Of a stretch of 64,000 nucleotides of DNA, positions 58,087 through 64,000 are shown one piece after another (positions within the stretch are counted from its first letter, which is position 1; every line of letters starts with the position of its first letter). Below the pieces are notes generated by a model, which was given only the letters and a program-made list of their open reading frames with translations, was not told where the DNA came from and ran no database searches. This DNA comes from Betaproteobacteria bacterium (lineage in GTDB: Bacteria > Pseudomonadota > Gammaproteobacteria > Burkholderiales > SG8-41). Made by a program: the position numbers and the translations under genes. The stretch is from positions 198,509-262,508 of the forward strand of contig VGID01000001.1 of NCBI GenBank assembly GCA_016868035.1, given 5' to 3'.

Positions 58087-59670
58087 ATGCCGGTCGGAGA
58101 AGACGGCGCGGGCAGCGCCCTGGAGCCGTTTCAGTTCACCGACGCCGCCAGCTGCAGGGCGTGGCTCGGGCGGCTGGCCGGCGCGGACGCCGCCGTGCGC
58201 CACGCCTCGTTCGGGCGCCACGTACGGCAGGTGCCGGAGGCGCTGCTCGCGCCGGCGGTCAAGCTCGAAGTGCTCGAGACGATGCGCGAAGCGGTGCACG
58301 CGGCGCAGGCCGAGCACGCAAAGGACCACCGTGGCAGGGCGGTGCCGCTCAATCCCGGCCACCGCGCCGCGTGGCAGGAAACGGTCGGCCTGTGGCGCGC
58401 TCTGGCGAGCGCCTACGAGTCGCTGATCGCCGACATGGCGGAAACGGCGCCGGAACTCGCGACGCACGCGGCGCTGATCTGCCAGCGCGTGCTGCGCTAT
58501 ACGGGGCTGGCGATGGGAGAGTACAACCGCGCCTACCACAGCGTCCCGGAGGAACTGTGGCAGCAGCTGCACCGGCTGTACGTCTTCGCCGAGAACGCCG
58601 TCGTCGCAACCGCGCGCGTGCGCGACGGCGTGGAGCGCATCGCGGCGGAGACCACCTGCACCGCGGCGTACGTGCGGAGCCTGCTCGCGCAGCTTGCCCA
58701 ACCGGACGCGCTCACCATCCGCCAGATGGACATCGTGGACCGGTGGCTCGACCACTGGGAAGGTCTGGTAAGCCTGTCGCCCGAGCCCGCGCGCTCGAGC
58801 ACGGTCGCCGCGCTCGCGGTGGACCTCATGTCCCAGAAAGGCGCCGCCCTCGCCAAGCAGATGCCGGCGGCCGGAGCGCGCCACCTGAACCTCGATAATC
58901 TGGGCAGGACGCTGCGGCAGGCATCCGCTTCCCTCAAGAAGGGCCAGACACCGTGGCAAATCGGGCTCGGCGAGCTGCGCCCCGACGTATGCGAGATGAT
59001 GCTCGTGCTGCTGTACATCCAGTGGTGCGCCGCCGGCACGGGCCGCGTGGACGAGCGCACCGCCGCGAGCATGAGCGTGAGAATCTGCCCGGGGATCGCG
59101 TCCATCCACCACCAACTCACGGGGCGGCCTCTCCGGCAACCCGAGGGCGAGCCCGCGCTGCGCGTGGTGGGCAACGGCAGCATGCCCGAATGGGACGAAC
59201 CGCCTCCGGCTGCAACCGAGACCTGGTCCATCGTCAACAAGAGCGCCTCGGGATTCCTCGGCCTTTGCCGCAAGCCGGACGTCAACGCGCCCGTCGGTCA
59301 CCGGCAGCTCCTCGGGATGAAGGCGGGGCCGGAAAAAGGCATCTACGTCGGCATCGTCCAGCGGCTGAACGTGGACGCGAACGGCTCGGTCTGGGTCGGC
59401 CTGCGGCTCATCTCCGCAGGCCCGCAGCCGGCCGCGGTGCGCACTGCGGAAGAGAGGGCCGGCGATTCCGCCGGCGGAGCCTACGAACGCGCGCTGCTGC
59501 TGCCCGAAGATGCGGCGCGCAACGTGCCCACAACCCTAGTGCTGCCGCCGAAATGGTACCGGCCCGAGCGCGTGCTCGAAGTTCACACCGGCACGGGGCA
59601 ACGGATCCGGCTGCAGGCCCTGCTCGAGGAAGGTCCGAATTTCGAGCGCGCAACCTTCGCTCCCGCCTGA
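58087..59670 (+). CDS. conserved hypothetical protein, paralog A, with PilZ-like C-terminal signature (527 aa)
   Basis: Paralogous to 61616..63217 along the whole length. The C-terminal IVNKSASGF...VGIVQRL...VWVGLRL fits the (D/N)xSxxG beta-barrel pattern. Confidence 0.8.
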   Translation: MPVGEDGAGSALEPFQFTDAASCRAWLGRLAGADAAVRHASFGRHVRQVPEALLAPAVKLEVLETMREAVHAAQAEHAKDHRGRAVPLNPGHRAAWQETVGLWRALASAYESLIADMAETAPELATHAALICQRVLRYTGLAMGEYNRAYHSVPEELWQQLHRLYVFAENAVVATARVRDGVERIAAETTCTAAYVRSLLAQLAQPDALTIRQMDIVDRWLDHWEGLVSLSPEPARSSTVAALAVDLMSQKGAALAKQMPAAGARHLNLDNLGRTLRQASASLKKGQTPWQIGLGELRPDVCEMMLVLLYIQWCAAGTGRVDERTAASMSVRICPGIASIHHQLTGRPLRQPEGEPALRVVGNGSMPEWDEPPPAATETWSIVNKSASGFLGLCRKPDVNAPVGHRQLLGMKAGPEKGIYVGIVQRLNVDANGSVWVGLRLISAGPQPAAVRTAEERAGDSAGGAYERALLLPEDAARNVPTTLVLPPKWYRPERVLEVHTGTGQRIRLQALLEEGPNFERATFAPA

Positions 59671-59683
59671 AGCGGTCGCGAAG

Positions 59684-59790
59684 GCGTTCCAGGTTCAAGG
59701 TTCAAAGTTCAAGGTTCAAGGTTCAAGGTCTATAGTCCAGAGCCAAGACCCGGAACCTGGAACTTTGAACTCGGAACCCGGAACTTTTTT
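59684..59790. repeat. heptad-periodic inverted-arm element O (7 x AGGTTCA, core, 6 x CCCGGAA/CTTTGAA)
   Basis: Lies between paralog A and the DUF2817-like gene. The right arm contains the only available start codon (TTG 59765) of that gene. Confidence 0.88.
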
Positions 59791-60850
59791 TTCGCCGGAT
59801 TACGCCACCGCGCGCGACCGGTTCACGCGCGCCGCGCGGGCGGCGGGGGCCCGGACCGAGGCCATCGCGCTCGATGCGCGCGGCCCGGCGCGCGAGGCGC
59901 TGACCATCGATATCGCCTGGCTCGGCGCGCCGGACGCGGACCGCGTGTTGCTGCATACGAGCGGCATGCACGGCGTCGAGGCGTTCCCCGGGTGCGCGGT
60001 GCAGCTCGCGGCGCTATCCGAATTCGCGGCGCTCGCGCCGGGTTGCGCGCTGGTGCTCGCGCACGCGCTCAATCCATACGGCATGGCAAGGCTGCGGCGC
60101 ACGAACGAGAATAACGTGGACCTCAATCGCAACTTCCTGGCACCCGGCGAGAGCTACCGCGGCTCGCCGCCGCTCTACGCGCGCATCGATGCGGTGCTCA
60201 ATCCCGCGTCACCGCCGGGTTTCGATTTCTTCCGCCTCAAGGCTCTCGGTCTGGTGATGCGCTACGGCATGGGCGCGCTGCGGCAAGCGGTTGCGCAGGG
60301 CCAGTACGACTACCCGCGGGGCCTGTTTTATGGCGGCAGCATGCTCGAGCAAGGCCCCGCCTTGTTTCTCGGCTGGCTCGGGTGCAAACTCGCGCGCGTG
60401 CGCTACCTGTTCGTTCTCGACGCACACAGCGGGCTCGGCGCCTGGGGAGAGCAGACCTTGATTGGCGCGCCCGGCGTGAACGCCACGGGTGCGCTGGAGC
60501 TCGCGGGCGCGCTTGCGCACGCGGTGATCGACCCGGCCGACAGCCGCTCGCCCGCGTACACGATCCGCGGCGGCATGGCGGGTGCGCTGCGGCACACTCT
60601 GCCTGCGGCCCGCATGGACTTCGTGCTGCAGGAAATCGGGACCTGCTCCGCGATCGCGGTTCTTGGCGCCCTGCGCGAGGAGAACCGCTGGCACCACTAC
60701 GGCGCGGCAACGGTGGATCATCCCGCGAAGCTCGCGTTGCGCGAGGCGCTGTGCCCGGGTTCACCGGTCTGGCGCCGGCGCGTGCTCGCGCACGGCCGTG
60801 GCCTGCTCGAGCGCGCGGCGGTGTGGACGTGGAACTACGGTGAACGGTGA
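59765..60850 (+). CDS. DUF2817-like M14-type metallopeptidase-fold protein
   Basis: 361 aa. FSPDYATARDRF N-terminus and the SGMHGVEAF zinc-site-like motif. The start is uncertain. Confidence 0.78.
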   Translation: MNSEPGTFFSPDYATARDRFTRAARAAGARTEAIALDARGPAREALTIDIAWLGAPDADRVLLHTSGMHGVEAFPGCAVQLAALSEFAALAPGCALVLAHALNPYGMARLRRTNENNVDLNRNFLAPGESYRGSPPLYARIDAVLNPASPPGFDFFRLKALGLVMRYGMGALRQAVAQGQYDYPRGLFYGGSMLEQGPALFLGWLGCKLARVRYLFVLDAHSGLGAWGEQTLIGAPGVNATGALELAGALAHAVIDPADSRSPAYTIRGGMAGALRHTLPAARMDFVLQEIGTCSAIAVLGALREENRWHHYGAATVDHPAKLALREALCPGSPVWRRRVLAHGRGLLERAAVWTWNYGER

Positions 60851-60936
60851 ACGGTGAACGGTGAATGGCGAACGGCAAAATCCGACCCGCGCTCTTCTGG
60901 AAGTTTCCCGCTCGCTGCTCACCGCTTACCGCTCAC
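60838..60936. repeat. heptad-periodic inverted-arm element P (4 x CGGTGAA + 2 variants, conserved core, 4 x CGCTCAC/CGCTTAC)
   Basis: The second heptad supplies the stop codon of the DUF2817-like gene. Core AAAATCCGACCCGCGCTCTTCTGGAAGTTTCCCGC. Confidence 0.9.
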
Positions 60937-60948
60937 TAGAGGACCTTC

Positions 60949-61356
60949 ATGACGTGTGAACTGTGCGTGGAAACCGGCGGCACGCTCCTGTGGCGCGATG
61001 AGCGGTGCCGCGTGGTGCTCGTGCCCGAGCCGGGTTATCCGGGTTACTGCCGTGTGATCTGGAACGCGCACGTCAGGGAAATGACCGATCTCGGCGAGCA
61101 CGAGCGCGCCGCGATCATGCGCGTCGTCTTCGGAGTGGAGCGCGTGTTGCGCGACTTGTTCGCGCCGGAGAAGGTCAATCTGGCGAGCTTCGGCAACCTC
61201 ACCCCGCATCTGCACTGGCACGTGATCGCCCGCTTCCGCGACGACCCGCACTTTCCCGGCACGGTTTGGGGCGCGCGGCAGCGCGATCTCCACCCGCCTT
61301 CTGCCGGCGCTCATGCAGAGCAAATCGGAGCCGCGCTTGCCCGGCGGCTGGGATGA
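60949..61356 (+). CDS. HIT-family nucleotide hydrolase/transferase
   Basis: 135 aa with histidine triad PHLHWHVI. Confidence 0.88.
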   Translation: MTCELCVETGGTLLWRDERCRVVLVPEPGYPGYCRVIWNAHVREMTDLGEHERAAIMRVVFGVERVLRDLFAPEKVNLASFGNLTPHLHWHVIARFRDDPHFPGTVWGARQRDLHPPSAGAHAEQIGAALARRLG

Positions 61357-61427
61357 ACATATGTTGCCCCGCCAAGCGCGGAATACGTGATTTTTTTCCG
61401 TTGGCTCGGCGCGGTTTTTCCGGTGCG

Positions 61428-61443
61428 AGTGAACTAGTTCACA
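61428..61443. promoter_or_regulatory. CRP/FNR-family-like palindrome AGTGA-N6-TCACA
   Basis: The 14-bp perfect palindrome GTGAACTAGTTCAC lies about 175 nt upstream of the paralog B start. Confidence 0.35.
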
Positions 61444-61615
61444 TCCCTTGTTGCAACGGTACGGTTACCCTGAGATCGGAGCGGTGGGCGTTTCGTCCGC
61501 AACCGTCAGGATTTCATAGAAGAATCCGCGCGCGTGCGGCGATAATTGCGTCGGCCCGGCGTCATCGTCTCCGGGGATCGGTCAGGGCCTGCGCGAACGA
61601 CCATGAAAGCAGAAC

Positions 61616-63217
61616 ATGAGCATCCAGCCGCTCGAATCCTCTGAGCACATGCTGCGATTCACCGACAGCGCGAGTTGCAAGCGGTGGATCGACCTGCTGC
61701 CGCTCACCAACGTCCAGCAGGCGCAGCAAGTCCTGACCAGCCAGCTCGCCGCGCTCGATGCCACGGCGATGCCCGCGCTCGAGCGCCTGAAGATCCTGGA
61801 AGCGCTCAAGAGCCCCGTCCATTTCGTGCAGAGCGAGACGGCGAAGCGCTACGCGGGCAAGCCCCTGCCGCTGGAGCCCGTCGAGGAAGCCGCCTGGAGC
61901 GGCGTGATCGCGCTGTGGCAGGTGATGAGCAACAACTACCAGCACTGCCTCAAGGCCTACCGCGAAGGCGACCTCGCGATCGCGCCGCACGCGGCGCTCG
62001 TCGCGATGCGCTGCCTGCGCCAGCTGGGCCATCTCATGCTCGACTACTACCAGGTCTACCGGCAACCGCCGGGGATGGTGTGGCGCGCGCTGCACGAGCT
62101 GTATTCGTTCTCCGAAAGCCACGGTTTCGCCCGGATCCGGGTGCAGGACAGCTTCGCCCAGCAAGACCCGGTTTCGAGCTGCGCCGAGGTGTACGTGCAA
62201 GTGCTGCTCGCCCACCTTGCGGATCCGTTCTCCCTGTCGGCGCGGCAGTACGGCTACGTCGCGCGCTGGCTCGAGCGCTGGGCGATCCTGGTCGGCCTCC
62301 CGGCGCTGCCCCTGCCCCTGAGCCCGATCCCGCCGCTGGCGGTGGACCTCGCTAGTTCCACGGGCGTGATATTCGCCGGCGAAATCGAACCGCAAGCGCA
62401 GGCGCGCTATCTCGACCTCGAGCAGCTCTCGAAGACGCTGCGCCAGACCATCAACCTGCTCAAGCAGGGACAGACGCCGAGCCAGCTCGGGCTGGGCGAC
62501 GATGTGCGCCAGCCGGGATGCGAGAACCTGCTGATGCTGCTCTACGTGCAGTGGTGCCGCGCCGGCACCGCGCGCGGCGAGGAGCGCTCGGATAACGAGG
62601 AAGCGGCGGAGGTATGCCTCGGGCTGAGCGCCGCGCACGTGCATTCGAGCGGTGACCGCAACTCCCGTATTCCGGGGGAACTCACCTCGCGCGAGAAGCA
62701 GGACCTCGACACCTTCGGCTACCTCGCACGCGTGGAGCACGAGGCGGGCGGCAAATCCGATCACCCGCTCGCGCGTTGGCAGATCCTCAACCACAGCGCT
62801 TCCGGCTTCATGTGCCTGCTGCGCGGCCCCGAGGGCACGGAGCGCGTCAGCCACAACCAGCTGCTCGCCGTGCGCCGCGCCGGCGGCCGGCAGTTCCATC
62901 TCGGAATGGTACGCTGGCTGAAGACCGAGGAAACGGGAGGAATCCAATGCGGCGTGCGCCTGTTTCCGGGGACGCCGCAGGCGATCTCGGTGCGCCCGTC
63001 GAACTTCACGCCGGTCGGCGCCGGCCACTACGAGCGCGCCTTGCTGCTGCCCGAGGTGCCGGCTCCTGCGACACCCGCCACCCTGATCCTCCCGGCGGGC
63101 TGGTTTCAAAGCGGGCGCTTCGTCGAGGTGTATTCGGACCGCAAGCAGGTGGCGAAGCTGCTCAACCTGCTGGAAAAAGGCAGCGACTTCGACCGCGGAA
63201 CCATCGTCATCGTGTGA
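61616..63217 (+). CDS. conserved hypothetical protein, paralog B, with PilZ-like C-terminal signature (533 aa)
   Basis: Colinear with paralog A (FTDSASCKRW, LKQGQTPSQLGLG, LLYVQWCRAGT, ILNHSASGF, YERALLLPE). Confidence 0.8.
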   Translation: MSIQPLESSEHMLRFTDSASCKRWIDLLPLTNVQQAQQVLTSQLAALDATAMPALERLKILEALKSPVHFVQSETAKRYAGKPLPLEPVEEAAWSGVIALWQVMSNNYQHCLKAYREGDLAIAPHAALVAMRCLRQLGHLMLDYYQVYRQPPGMVWRALHELYSFSESHGFARIRVQDSFAQQDPVSSCAEVYVQVLLAHLADPFSLSARQYGYVARWLERWAILVGLPALPLPLSPIPPLAVDLASSTGVIFAGEIEPQAQARYLDLEQLSKTLRQTINLLKQGQTPSQLGLGDDVRQPGCENLLMLLYVQWCRAGTARGEERSDNEEAAEVCLGLSAAHVHSSGDRNSRIPGELTSREKQDLDTFGYLARVEHEAGGKSDHPLARWQILNHSASGFMCLLRGPEGTERVSHNQLLAVRRAGGRQFHLGMVRWLKTEETGGIQCGVRLFPGTPQAISVRPSNFTPVGAGHYERALLLPEVPAPATPATLILPAGWFQSGRFVEVYSDRKQVAKLLNLLEKGSDFDRGTIVIV

Positions 63218-63224
63218 CGAAGGT

Positions 63225-63358
63225 GGGTAAGCGGTAAGCGGTAAGCGGTAAGCGGTAAGCGGTAAGCGGTAAGCGGTAAGCGGTAAGCGGTAAGCGGTAA
63301 AATTGGACCGGGTTTCTCTACGAAGTTCCCTGCTCACCGCTTACTGCTTACTGCTTAA
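63225..63358. repeat. heptad-periodic inverted-arm element Q (11 heptads, 9 perfect CGGTAAG, conserved core, 4 x TGCTTAC-type)
   Basis: Lies between convergent paralog B and the histidine kinase gene. Core AAAATTGGACCGGGTTTCTCTACGAAGTTCCCTGC. Confidence 0.92.
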
Positions 63359-63369
63359 GGACTCTCTCC

Positions 63370-64000
63370 TCACCGGTTTTCCGCGCGGCGGCCCGCCCCG
63401 TTCGACCCGTCCTCCCGCTCTTCGCGCCTCTCGGGCGCAAGGATCCGTTCTTCCGGAAACACGGCGCTGAACGTGCTCCCGCGTCCGGGTTCGCTCGCGA
63501 TCTCGAGGCGCGCCTGGTGGCGGCTGAGCACGTGCTTGACGATCGCGAGCCCCAGCCCGGTGCCGCCGGTCTCGCGCGAACGGCCGCGGTCCACCCGATA
63601 GAAGCGCTCGGTGATGCGTGCGAGGTGCTGCTGCTCGATCCCGATCCCCGTGTCGCGCACGCTGAACAGCGCGTGGCCGCCGCGGCGCTGCCAGCTGATG
63701 ACGACCTCTCCGCCGTCCGGGGTATAGCGGATCGCGTTGGTGACGAGGTTGCCGAACGCGCTGCGCAGCTCCTCTTCGCTCCCCAGGAGCCAGGTGCCGC
63801 CCGCCGAATCGAGCAGCACGCGGTGCCGGCCGGCCGACAACGCCAGCGCCTCCCGGTACAGCGCGTGCGTGAGCCCCGGCACGTCCACGGGCTCGGCCTG
63901 CAGCGGGTAGCGTGCGCTCTCCAGGCGCGAGAGCATCAGCAAATCTTCCACGAGCCGCTGCATGCGCCGCGTCTGGTCCACCATCAGCGGCAGCGACCGT
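63370..64000 (-). CDS. sensor histidine kinase, C-terminal part (PhoR-like); 5' end lies beyond the window
   Basis: HisKA end (LVEDLLMLSRLE) and HATPase_c N, G1 and G2 boxes (NLVTNAIRY, DTGIGI, GGTGLGLAIV). The frame stays open to position 64000. Confidence 0.85.
   Translation of the reverse strand, partial: RSLPLMVDQTRRMQRLVEDLLMLSRLESARYPLQAEPVDVPGLTHALYREALALSAGRHRVLLDSAGGTWLLGSEEELRSAFGNLVTNAIRYTPDGGEVVISWQRRGGHALFSVRDTGIGIEQQHLARITERFYRVDRGRSRETGGTGLGLAIVKHVLSRHQARLEIASEPGRGSTFSAVFPEERILAPERREEREDGSNGAGRRAENR

Overview
This is a high-GC (roughly 65-68% by hand counts) proteobacterial chromosome segment. It is probably betaproteobacterial, judged from a Bug/TctC-type binding protein, a beta-type trimeric porin, and tyrS-M23-anmK-erpA-argC and miaB-phoH-ybeY-corC-lnt synteny; this is inference only, since no database search was possible. 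Most of the window is core housekeeping: two msrA paralogs, tyrS, anmK, erpA, argC, rpsI-rplM, coq7, a trpE-G-D-C operon, gph-rpe, apaG, mltA, a ubiH-family hydroxylase, one tRNA(CAU), miaB-phoH-ybeY-corC-lnt, glyQ/glyS, gmhB-plsC and lptM-lysA. An accessory block of about 12.9 kb (about 42.6-55.45 kb) holds an ECF sigma/anti-sigma pair, a porin, at least five type II toxin-antitoxin modules, gene remnants and small mobile-looking cassettes. The right end (57.6-63.2 kb) holds two paralogous proteins of about 530 aa with a PilZ-like C-terminus, flanking DUF2817-like and HIT genes. Five signals are not explained by ordinary annotation. (1) About 17 intergenic elements are built from tandem 7-nt units arranged as inverted arms, and several share a conserved core. 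(2) A single uninterrupted reading frame runs through glyQ and glyS. (3) A 14-codon poly-lysine micro-ORF has its own promoter, structured leader and terminator. (4) A mazEF operon is tightly coupled to a SAM methyltransferase. (5) A 202-nt highly structured insertion splits an ATPase gene. CDS coordinates come from the supplied ORF track plus amino-acid counting. Non-CDS coordinates were counted by hand and may be off by 1-2 nt. All family assignments are from motif recall, not searches.
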